Shown piece after piece: positions 28,200-39,366 of a stretch of 64,000 nucleotides of DNA. A model generated the notes under the pieces. It did no database searches. It was given only the letters and a program-made list of their open reading frames with translations, and had not been told where the DNA came from. How positions within the stretch are numbered: position 1 is the first letter of the stretch; each line of letters opens with the position of its first letter. The DNA is taken from the NCBI GenBank assembly GCA_013265495.1, contig MU057847.1, positions 77,875 to 141,874 on the forward strand, given 5' to 3'. The translations under genes were made by a program, and so were the position numbers. The DNA is from Vicugna vicugna (Eukaryota).

Positions 28200-29815
28200 T
28201 TCCCATTTATTTTAACTTATTATTTAGTTTATTTATTTTTGGTATAGACTTCCTCTTTCTAAGAGCAGTTTTAGGTTCACAGCAAAATTAAAAGGAAGAT
28301 ACAGAGATTTCCCATAAACCCCCTGCTGCTACACAGTGCATCACCTCCTCATTATTAATATCCTCACCAGAGTGGTACATGTGTTGCAATTGATGATCCT
28401 ACATTGACACATCATTATCATCCAAAGACCACAGTTTACATTAGGGTTCACTCTGGGTGTTGTACATTCTATGGGTTTGGACAAATATATAATGACAAGT
28501 ATCCAACATTACACTATCATATAGAGTATTTTCACCACCCTAAAAATTATCTGTTCTCTGCCTATTTGTTGCTCCCCAACTCAAAATTTTAATTTTAATT
28601 TTAATGAAGTCCAGCTTATCAGTTACTTCCTTCATGGATTGTACCTTTGATTTTGTATCTAAAAAGTCATTGTCATACCCATGGTCATCTAGGTTCTCGC
28701 CTATGTTATCTTTCAGGAGTTTCTGATATTAGCCATCTGTGCCCTCTCTCTTTTTTTCTTAGTTAACCTGGCTGGTTTTTAACTTTCAGAGTTGTCCATA
28801 GGAGCCTCCAGTAATTTGTTCAGGTTTTCCTACCTGGGCACTGGTTCCTGCAGCAGTTTCTGCCTGTGAATCCTGGCTTTGGGAAGCCACGACTCCCTGT
28901 ATTTGCTTGTCTATCTCTCCGATCTGGGAGGGCAAATATTTGCCCTGAGTTCTCCTTTCTTATGGATCTGAAGAGTTGTTGATATTTTAGTTTGTTCAGC
29001 TTTTTACTTCTTGTTAGAACAGAGTGGTGACATCTAAGCCCCTTACTTGCAGAACCAGAAATCAGAAGCCCTATTGCATGATATTTTCAGTTTTATTAGA
29101 TATAACTGGCATACAACATTGTGTAAGTTTAAGATGTACGATGTGATGATTTGACACATGTGTATATTGTGAAATGATTACCACAGTAAAGACAGTGAAC
29201 ACCTCCATCACCTCACATAACTACTTTTGTTTTGGTGAGAACATTTAAGATTTACTCTCTCACCAACTTTCAAGTATATAATACAGTATTGTTAACTATA
29301 GTCACCATGCTGTACATTAGAGCCCCAGAACTTATTCATCTTATAACTGGACATTTGTACCCTTTGACCAACATCTCCCCATTTCTCCCACTTCCTAGCC
29401 TCTGGCAGCCAGCATTCTACTCTCTATTTCCATGAGTTCAACTCTTTTAGATTCCATATATAAGTGAGATCATACAATAGTTGTCTTTCCCTGTCTGGCT
29501 TATTTCACTTAGCATAATGCCCTCAAGGTCCACCCATGTTGTTGCAAATGGCAGGATTTCCTTCTCTTTTTTTAATGACTTAATAATATTACTCTGTGAG
29601 TGTGTGACATTTTCTTTATCTAGTCACTTAGGTTGTTTCCATGTCTTGGCTATTGCGAATAATGTGCATGAGGGTGCAGATATCTCTTTGAGATAGTGAT
29701 TTTCTTTCATCTCATTTCCTTTGAATGTCTACGCAGAATGGGATTGCTGGATCATATGGTAGTTCTATTTTTAATTTTTTGAGGACCCTCCAAACTGTTT
29801 TCCACAGTGGTTGTA
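28200..29815 (-). mobile_element. Cluster of old L1M fragments (28200-29070, 29085-29815)
   Basis: AGCAGTTTTAGGTTCACAGCAAAATT and TACAACATTGTGTAAGTTTAAG 3'UTR motifs plus antisense ORF2. Confidence 0.85.
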
Positions 29816-29819
29816 CAAC

Positions 29820-30150
29820 TCCATATGATTTTATTTATATAACATTCTTGCAATGACAAAATTATAGAAATGGAGACCAGATTAGTGGTTTCCAGGGGTT
29901 CAGGTGGGGGTTGGGGTAAGAGGGAAGTAGATGTAGCTGTAAAAGGGCAATAGGAGGGATCCTTGTAGTGATGAAAATGTTCTTTTTTGACTGTATTAAC
30001 ATCAGTACCCTGGTTGTGACATTATACTATAGTTTTGCAAGATGCTACCACTGGGAGAAACGGTAACGGGTACATGGGATCTCTCTGTATTACTTCTTAC
30101 AACTGCATGTAAACCTAGCTCAAAAGAAAAAAGTTTTAATTAAAAAAGTG
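29820..30150 (+). mobile_element. L1MC-like 3' end
   Basis: ATGACAAAATTATAGAAATGGAG...TATAGTTTTGCAAGATG...A-tail; reverse complement of the motifs at 7430-7700. Confidence 0.85.
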
Positions 30151-33100
30151 AAGCCCTTTCTGCTCCTATGTTTATCCCCTTCTCCTGGGTCCTTGTTTGG
30201 GTCAGCACTGATGTGTAAAAGCTAAGATTTCTTGAGGCTGATGGTAATTCACCAGAGCGGTGAAATTCAGCAGTCAAGCGGGTGGCGTATAGGAGGTGGC
30301 CTGAAAATCAATATCTTTTCCACACTCCACCTCAACTCAAATAGCTTCAGCACTGGACCTGCCATGATACCTAACCCCACCACCACCACCATTAATACCA
30401 CTGTTTGGGGCCCTCTCTTAGCAAGGCTGTGCTCTTTGTGGCTTGAGACAAGTAACGTGTTTGTTGGCATGATTACTGTTACCAGCTATTGTCACTTGGC
30501 ACACCACAAGGCTCTGAGGTGCTGAGGAAACAGGACAAAGTCTTTGGGGGGTGAGTATGAGAGAGAGGCCAGGGTAGCAGTTTTCAAATTTTCATTCCCC
30601 CAAATTACTTGAGAGTTTGTTGGTGTGCAGTTATCAAAGAATGAGGGACACCTCCTTGGCACAGGAGGGAGAGATTGCCAAGATTGCTTATTAGGTGGAA
30701 AAAAAGCAAATGAAAAAGCAGTGTAGAGCAGGATTCATTTTTGTTTGTTTGGACTTTGTTTCTGTAAATAAAAAGAACCAAAAAATATATATGCATACAA
30801 CTCTTTTGCTTCCTGGAAGGAACCCAAAAAGTAGGGTATGGATTGCTGGGGATGAAGGGTAGAGAGGGGCTTTCGAGTTTCATCATCTTATACCTTCGTG
30901 CGCCATTAGAATTTTTCAACCTTTTTTCTTTCTTTCTTGGGAGTTCTTGGAGGCTGGCTGCCCTGGCTGTGTGCCTTTACTTGTCCCACTGACCAGTCAT
31001 TCAACTCAGGATACCAGTGGCCTCGGAGGAAGGATGAGGAACTCCTTCTCCAGGATGTTAAGTAATGAAGGAAATAAAATGACAGCAGGAGGCTGTTTGG
31101 GTAGGCCAGTGTGAACCACTGATTCCAGACCTGGGGCCCAGGGTGGGGAGGAGTGCTTCCTTCTTAGCTGCCTGGGCAAGGAAGCCAGAATAGTTCTCTG
31201 CCTGGCTAGGTGGTAAAAATCCCATGTACTGTGTGGAGCAACTCTCCCCCCTCCAGCGGGGGGAAGGATCCCTGGCCGGGCCCTTGCTCCCTGGGCTGAT
31301 GGTTGGGTGGAGGGGGGTATGTGGGCTTTGGGCAGGGCTCCTTGTAGAGGGAGTGAAGCTTGGCAGGGTTTCTGACCCCGGAGGTGGCAGCTGTGGGACC
31401 CAAGCTGCCTCACACCTCCAAGCTCTGGGCTGAGTGAAATGGGAGTGAGAAATGTGTGTGCTTTCTCTTTCCTGGTAGTTTTCAGGTTGGATATCATTAT
31501 TTGGGCCATGAAGGAAGTAAGGAAAAAGCAAATTGGATTCCTCCTCCTTCCTGAGCACCGCTCCATCCTCAGGCTCTTGAGGGCTGGGGAGCCAGGGGGA
31601 GTGGAGGGAATCATTCTGGAGTTTTCACATAGCCAGGAGAAAGGAAACGAAGGCAGCCAGCAAGAAACTGGCAAAGACCTTCCACATCCTTGTACCTTCG
31701 CTCCCAACATCACTGGCCCCATTGGAGCTCCAGTTTCCACTTAGGAAAGGGAAAATCTAAAAAGCAGGGCAAATCAAGCAGGCAGGCAGATGGATGGGTG
31801 TGTGTTTAGAAATATTTCACAGTGTCTATTTACAAACCCTTCTCATCTGTGCTCAGTCAGGCAGGTCCCCTAGGACCACACCTGGAGCCAAGTTTGTGTT
31901 ATTGGATACAGAGCCTGAAAGTAATAAAACTACATTCTAAACATTCTATATAATACGGATTTCCTCCCAATCTGGTTGCTCTCCTCCACCACAAGAACAA
32001 GCCTGGAGTGTGGCAAGTGATGGTGACTTTCCCTGTTGCCCCTCCCCAGTCCAAGGTGTCAAGGAAGGAGATGCTCAATGACTCTGAAGACTGCCTGATG
32101 GAGGAGGAGTGGGGAGGGAAAGAGGGAAGAGGATCTGAAGTCAGGACTGGGGACTACCCTTAGCCCATGCCTTTATCAGCATCCTCCCTTTCAGCCCTGC
32201 CATCCCAGGGAGGCATCCTCCCCTCCCCCACCCCACCATAGTATCTTATTGGTTTTCCCCTCCCCCTTCCCACCTCCTCTGCCCTGAATGTGAGTTTGCA
32301 TCAGACTTGGCCTGTTTTAAAATGTTGGGAGTTGGGGAAGGTCCCTGCCCCACCAAGTGTAGTTTTCCTGAGTCCAGCTCCCTTAGAGATAGCCCTGGCT
32401 CTGTTGGTCTTTAATTCCCCAGTCTCACTGGCCCCTAGACTCCCTTGGGCATTGTGAGGGCAGATCTTCTGAAGGCCCTCTGAGAGATCTGGATGAGTGG
32501 CTCCACAGAAGCCATAACTCAGCTCAGCCCTCTAGCTCATCCTCCTGGGCATCCTGAGATGTCACTCCATCTGGGATGCTGTGATCAGCAGGGTCACATG
32601 GATTCAGACACTAAAACTGCTTTGTCTTTCTCATTCCTAACTCCTAAACCCATCATTTCTTTGCCAGCCTTTAGTAGGAACTCATTCAGTGAACCTCAGG
32701 AGGTAGACTGAGGGGAGAGGGAAAGAGGAAGGAGGGCTACAGCAACCAAAAGGAAAGGAGGAGACACAGGGACTGACAGGAACCTTCTAGAATCGTTTGC
32801 ATCTGCTCAGAAGCGAGTCTCACCATTCTCCATTTCAGGCTCTAGTTATTACAGATTTTTTTTCAAGAGCCAGATGTTTAAAAGTCTTGGCATGGTTTTA
32901 AAGTTAGTCCTGAAGGTTTCAGCTGAATTTACTCCTGCAGGTTTTATACTCACTGGAATCACTGGTTAGAGCCAGGAAGATCAGATTCCCTCCAAAAGCA
33001 ATGGAGGCGTTGATCCAAGAACTGGGGGAGTCACTTGCAGTGTTTGCACCCCACTTTGCTGGGATGAAGCAGTTGTGCCCTGCTACCTTTGGAAACCTGC

Positions 33101-36100
33101 CTGATTGGCCTGGCATCCTAAGGATGCGCCCACCTTGCTTAGTAGATGTCATCCCCCTCCTGAAAGCCGAGTATTGGAATGTTTGCCCTCCTGGCATTTA
33201 CAAAAGATGACACTTTCCCCAAAAGTCTGGCTGTACATCAAGGTATCTACCTCCAATTTTAAGAATTAAAAAAAAATCTATTCCCCCAATAGTTGTTTTC
33301 GTAGTCCTACCTTCTCACCCAGCTCCCACCGTGCAATGCTAACATCCTCTTCTACTGGTCTGTCATCAATAACGACTGGCTTTTGGGCATGTGACCACTT
33401 TCAAGTCAATGTTATGACCCACCCCAAACCCCACAGAACAGTAACCTCAAAGTCAACTCAACAAGGCATTCTGTCCACTATCTATGATTCACAAAGTGTT
33501 GTGCCAGCTACTATGGTAGATACAAGGAAAAAATGTAACAAATGCATGTTGCCCTCTGAAGGCTTAAAATCGAAGTTTAGGAGATAGGATATAGGCACTT
33601 GAAACACCTTAAGAACAAATAAACAAACAAACAAAATACCCAGCATACAACCAAATGTTAAACAACAATGGTACGATAATAGCAATTCTGCTCAGTTACT
33701 GAGACCTTCTTAAGGAACAGGCACCAGGCTAAGGGCATGACATTTGTTAGCTCGTTTTAATCCTCTGAATGACCCTATGGGGTAAGTTCAATTAATAGCT
33801 CCATTTTAGAGCTGAGAGAACTCAGATTTGCAAAGAGGAAAGAATTTCATGCTACACATTTGATAAGGGCAGGCAGGGCTAAGATTTTAGCCCCAACTTT
33901 TAATCTTGAAAACACTTCAAAGCTCAGGAAAGTTGAAAGAATAGTATAATGAAGACTCACATGCTTCACCTAGATTCCCCAGCTGTTAACATTTGACCAC
34001 ATTCTGCTTTCTCATTCCCTCTCTCTGTCTCTGTCTCTATACAGACACGCACTCCTCCACATTTTTTTTCTGAACTATTTGAGCATAAATTGCAGACATC
34101 ATAACACTTCACCTCTAAATACTTCAGCATGTATTTCCTAAGAAAAAAGACATCTTCCCTCCAAATGCCAGTGCGGTTATCACGCTGCAAAAACTTAGGC
34201 AGAGTCAGAATGCAAACCCAGTTCTGACTCCAGAGTGCTAACAGCGAGTTCTGTGAGAGTTCAGCAGAAGGAGCCATCAGTGCCATCTGGGAATTACAGG
34301 AGGGATTTTCCGTGGACCCTCTACTCCTAATTATTCATAGCAATGGAAGAAAGGAGTTGGCCAAATAATCACAAAGCATGTATAATCCAAAGTACTAAAT
34401 TGCATGGTTTTCAGAGTGTGTTCCATTTGGGTGGGAGAGGAAGGACACAGATTTGCCTTCTGAATTCGTTTCTTCTCTGGCCAATATTAAAACTGGTCTT
34501 TCCCAACCACTTACTGACAGCACAACTTGGGTAGCTACCCCAGAAGTAGTTCTCTGATTAAAACACAATAGCAGAAATTCTGCTAAGTGGGCAAGCCACA
34601 TATGAATAATAGAGAACTGACTATATTCTAGCTAAAAAGGAATTCTAGCTAGAAATTTTAGCCACAGGTCAGGATTCAGCATCCACACTATAAATCTAGT
34701 CCTTGGTCAGTTAGGTTCCCCCCGCCCCAGGTTAAGAAGAGATGGTTCCATGCACTGCCTTGCTCCAGAGGCCCGAGTCTTACTCACCCAATGAAACTCC
34801 AGAAGCAGGGTGTTGCCTACTGCAGACTGAAGGAGAAAGCAGGCCCTCTGTAACGGATGGGCCATATCCCCCGAGGGGCTCTGACCTGGCTTTCTTCTTT
34901 CTTTTTATTCTCAGAAGCCAGATTTAGAAAGGCTGTCAGATTAAGCCCAGCCCTGTGGTGCTTAATGACCTCCCTGAATTGCACAGGAGAAATCTTGACC
35001 TTTTAACATGTTCAATTTCTCTCAGTAATTAAAAAAAACCCCAAAAGCCTGCATCTGTGTTTGCCCTGTTTTTCACACTTTCACTAGACACTTCAAAAAT
35101 GAAAATATTGCATATCTGTGAGTCTCAGATACCAGGGCAGGGCACCCCTTTATCGAACTGGGATTGGGAGGGATGCCCTACTGGACCTTCCAGGTGGCCA
35201 GCATCAGGTCACACTTTGATGCTCTCTCCAGTTCGTTTGGTTTTCTGCAGACACCATCTGATCAGCAATATCTCTGAATCCACGTAAGGTGAGTCCCCCT
35301 TATAACTGGGATCCACTGTGTATACACAATCTTTGGTAGGGGCTTTCTTCTCACAGGCATCCTTTGAGATGGCACAACTTTAAAGATATACTTGCTCTTT
35401 TTGTTTATGGCCAGACTTGCTTGGGGAATAAATCGTTTTCTTTAGGATTAAAGAACAATCGTGTCAAAAATAGTGTTCAGGTTGAGGTGGGAATGCTTCC
35501 AGCCTTGTTATTTAAAGTCCCTTTGGGGCTTCACCTCTGTCTTCCTCACTTTGCTCCTCCCTCCCCTCAGCCTGCAGGATCTAAAATGCCAGAAAGCGAT
35601 TTCTTTACAGTGTCCTTCCCCGCCCGGATCAAAGTCTCTGACTCCTCAGGGCTTCCCCTCCAAGCTATCCCTCACACTCGTCAGTCCTGCAGGGACCCAG
35701 GGAGGCTAAGAAAGAGCATCTGGTATTTTGCACTAAGGATGCTGTGGTCACGGGAAGCTGGAGGCAGAGGAAAAAGGGAGAGTTAACAGTTCCTAACCAA
35801 GTAAGGAACAAGCTCAGCCCTTTTTGGACCTAGTTCAGAAGACAGAGGCCTCCGAGAAGAAACTTTCTGGCTGGTGATTGCATCGGCCGGCCGGTTTGGG
35901 GCTGCGTGCGTGTGGGAGCTTGGCGTGCAGAGCTGCCCCCACGTGGCAGCCCCCAAGGGCGGGCGCAGAGCGCTGGCCCCTATGCACCCCAGCTGGCAGG
36001 GCGCGTAACCGGCCGCCGGCTCCCTCGGAGGCACGATGGCTGGGTTTTACGGTTGCCTGAAGAACCCAGAGTAAGTGGCGGGCGCAGTAAGCGCTGCAAC

Positions 36101-36377
36101 TGTACTGTACGGAGTGGAGACTGGCAGAGCGCCGACCGCCGGTACGGGTACCTCTCGCCGCTCAAGCCGGGCGCCGGCTGAGAAGAGGCGTAACTGCGAG
36201 CTAGTCGAGCGCGCGCGGCGGGACTCTAACTCGCGGCGACGCGCCCGCCGGGTTGGGGCGGCACGCTCCTGCGAGGGCTCGCGCAGGTGTGCGTGCGTGT
36301 GCGCGTGCGCGGGACAGCAGCGGCGGCGGGGGCGCGGGAGCCCGGCGCGCGCTTCCCGGACTCGGCCGGCCTGGAGA

Positions 36378-36408
36378 GGGCGGGGCAGGGCGGGGCGGGG
36401 CGGGGCGG
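36378..36408 (+). promoter_or_regulatory. Tandem GC boxes (Sp/KLF sites), G-quadruplex-competent
   Basis: GGGCGGGGCAGGGCGGGGCGGGGCGGGGCGG: overlapping GGGCGG boxes with six G3/G4 runs and 1-2 nt loops. Confidence 0.8.
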
Positions 36409-36677
36409 CTGGAGCCCCAGGCTCCCGATTCGGGTTTTCTCCTTCCCGCCGCGGTGCCTACCTGGCTCACCTGAGTCCCAGGGAGCGCGGGGCCGGGCTG
36501 GGAAGGCGGAGAGTCTTCCCAAGGCTGTTGCGCCTGTTGATTAATACACTTGCAAGGCAAGGAGGGAAGCACCAATAGGAAAATTTAGCCGAGCCGTCTT
36601 GACTGACGTGGGATACCTAGTTATTCCCGGGGTTTCCTTTCCTGCGCATCGTGATGCCCGACCTCTTGGTGCAAGGG
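36398..36677 (+). pseudogene. Non-coding counterpart of the N-terminal extension annotated on the human KIAA1210 long isoform
   Basis: Pieces in different frames ([53 protein letters not shown]) are colinear with the recalled human [55 protein letters not shown]. There is no ATG, there are frameshifts, and TGA stops lie at 36538 and 36652. Confidence 0.75.
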
Positions 36678-37037
36678 CAGTCTTTGGAACCCCTGCGGCC
36701 TTAGCTTTGCTATACTTTGTAAGAAATGGCTCAAGGGTCTGAGGAAGGAGAGCTGCACGAGGAGGATGTTTGTATAACACGCGGGCTGGGGAGAGAGACA
36801 AGGGCAAAGCTATAGGTTCCAACTTGCACATGTTGAGAAACTTAGCCCATGTCGTCTTCAGTTAAAGCGCCCCACAAACCCGGATTTTACAAGGCTAGGA
36901 ACACCATTAAAATAATGTTTGCAGTAATAATTCCATTAAGTAACATTGTTTCAGTTACACCGAAACTTTTTCTTCTGGCACCCGTCAGCAGCCAGCATGA
37001 CTGGAAATAAAGATATGGTGGTGGGATCGTCGGGGCG

Positions 37038-37216
37038 GAAGCTGGGGGAAGAAATGGGAGAGAGAGGAGAGGAAGGAGAAGAGAGGGGTGGAAAGAGGGA
37101 GGCGATTTGGTGTGAGTGGAGAAAATCACTTTAAATTTTCTGAGTTGCCTTCATTTTCTAAATTTGTTCTAAGCTGTACAATACCTAGTCTCCCAGTTAT
37201 TTGCTGTGGCACTAGC
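37038..37216 (+). repeat. Local diverged duplication, copy 1 (purine-rich block + GTGAGT + T-rich block)
   Basis: Aligns end to end with 39187-39366; the core 37153-37183 matches 39303-39333 at 28 of 31 positions. Confidence 0.85.
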
Positions 37217-37725
37217 TCCAAGCAGTTTATTCTCACTATGTGTCCACAGAGGTGTTTTTGGATGCTGCGTGTGCATATTTCAAGCAGTGACAACAGGAAG
37301 AAGATATTAAGCAAAATGGATCTGGTCATATGGTTGTGATTATTTTCCGTTTTCATTCATAAAGCTTACAATCTTCTCCCTCAGCTGTCACAATCTGTAG
37401 TTCCACCAGAAACCTCACTCACTGCAGGTCTCCGATAGTCTAGTGTTGCACGGGCTCGCCTGGCCCCTGCAGTTCTCTGCCTTTATGGAAAGGCACTATG
37501 TGGACAGGGACTGGTGGCCTCTGGCCTGCAGGCCCACAGTGGTATTCCATGTGGTTTTTAGTGGCACCCCATTTGAGGTGGCAAAGACAGGTGGTTCGGG
37601 CGTGGGTAGGTTGGCTGCCCCCTTCTGCTTCTTCCTCAAGATCAGTACCAGAGCACATTCCTGCAATTCTGATGGGGAATGGGCCTGGAATCTTTAAACT
37701 CGAAACATGTTCTTGCAACTGTTTT

Positions 37726-38351
37726 AATTTGTGTGTGTGTGCGTTTTCAAAAATTTTATTATGAATTATTGTTGAGTTTTGTCAAATGCTTTTTCTTTTT
37801 TATTGAAGTAGAGTTGATTTACAATGCTGTGTTAGTTTCTGGTGTACAGCACAGTGATTCAAATATATACATATGTATGTTCTTTTTCAGATTCTTTTCC
37901 ATTATAAGTTAATACAAGATATTGAATATAGTTCCCTGTGCTATACAGTAGGACCTTGTATATATATTTTATATATAGTAGTTTGTATCTGCTAATCCCA
38001 GACACCTAACTTATCACTCTCCCAATCCTTTCCCCTATGGTAACCATAAATTTGTTTTCTGTGTCTGTGAGTCTGTTTCTGCTTTGGAAATATGTTCATT
38101 TGTATCATGTTTTAGATTCCACGTATAAGTGATAGTATATAGTATTTGTCTTTATCTGGCTTACTTAGTATGATAATCTCTAGGTCTATCCATGTTGCTG
38201 CAAATGGCATTATTTCATTCCTTTTTTATGGCTGAGTAATATTCCATTGTACATATATACCACAACTTCTTTATCCAGTCATCTGTGGATGGACATTTAT
38301 GTTGCTTTCATGTCTTAGCTATTTTAAATAGAGCTGCTATGAGCATTGGGG
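37726..38351 (-). mobile_element. L1 3' end with probable short 3' transduction
   Basis: Perfect 14-nt TSD CTTGCAACTGTTTT (37712-37725, 38352-38365); L1 3'UTR and ORF2 end at ~37795-38351. Confidence 0.9.
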
Positions 38352-39186
38352 CTTGCAACTGTTTTTTAACCCCAGCTCCCAGGCTCATTTCACTGTTGTG
38401 CCCTCAACCTATGGCCTTGGATGGATACTGTGGAAATTACAAAGTTTTCCTTGTGTAACTCACCATAGCACCAGATGACAGAGAGGTAGACCATGAAGAC
38501 ATTTGGAGGATGAGGGAGATAACAGCCATTGCAGTGGGAGGTGATAAGGGTGCTGTTATTGCTCCCAGGTGGTTGTGCACACCCTTCCTCCCTTGGCTCA
38601 GGGCTGGCTTCTGTTAGATCCTCCTGCTTCCAGATACACAAGGGGCCCTTCTCAGGGTTCCTTCATCCTAGTGTCTGCTTTCCATGTAGGGAATCTGGGG
38701 CAGCCTGAGGTCTTTGGGGTGGAAAAGGGAGACTCAGGAGACCAGATGGCCTCTTCCTGTAGCCACCATTTAAAGTCTGAGCTCATCTGATGATTTATTG
38801 AATCTGGGCTGAAGGAAGAGGAGAAATGATGAGGGCATTTGAGGAGATTGAGTCAAGCTTTCTACACCTAAGTGGCTTGGAGTCCCTTGCAGGACTTAAA
38901 AGGTATGGAGACTCAGTAAACATCCAAAAATATTGTGCACCTGCTCTGTAGCAAGCTTTGTGCTGAGCATCGTGGGAGAAACTTTTGCTTCCTTTCCTGG
39001 AACCAAGTGAGCACAGGGCCTGGCACTGATATTTGTTGAAAGAATGTTGTTGACTGAACCAAGATGTCCTTGAGGAGCTTGCCTTTTTAGGGAGTGGTCA
39101 GCCCAGTAAACAACAGTTTGCGGGAGGTGGGGTGGGAGGTACAAGCTCGGTAGGAGAGAATAAAAAACAGAGCAGTTGCCGGTGGA

Positions 39187-39366
39187 GAAGCTGGAGGAGA
39201 GAAGTGGGAGAGAGATAAGAAGACAGAGGAGAGAGGGATGGAAACAAGGAGCAGAATTTGGGTGAGTGAAGAAAATCCTTCTCAATTCTCTGACTTGTCT
39301 TAATTTTCTACATTTGTTCCAAGCTGTACGATATGCAGTCTTGCAGTTCTTTGATGCAGTGCTAGC
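39187..39366 (+). repeat. Local diverged duplication, copy 2
   Basis: Direct-orientation paralogue of 37038-37216; contains TGG|GTGAGT at 39261/39262. Confidence 0.85.

Larger units (their letters stand above)
35870..36800. promoter_or_regulatory. CpG island / promoter of KIAA1210
   Basis: The only long CpG-dense, GC-rich segment in the window. It has an E-box CACGTG (35940-35945), an NRF1-like TGCGCGTGCGCG (36300-36311), a GC-box array (36378-36408), CCAAT (36572-36576), a CRE-like TGACGT (36604-36609) and a candidate + strand donor AGA|GTAAGT (36070/36071). Confidence 0.9.

Noticed and set aside
31006..31740. Longest ORF in the track (244 aa, - strand) and overlapping ORFs
   Set aside because: Pro/Ser/Gly-rich, no recognisable domain, non-ATG start, and several frames are open at once because of high GC; this is typical of chance ORFs.
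36075..36578. 167-aa and other ORFs across the CpG island
   Set aside because: Stop-poor GC-rich DNA gives Arg/Ala/Gly ORFs in all frames; the homology to the human extension hops between frames.
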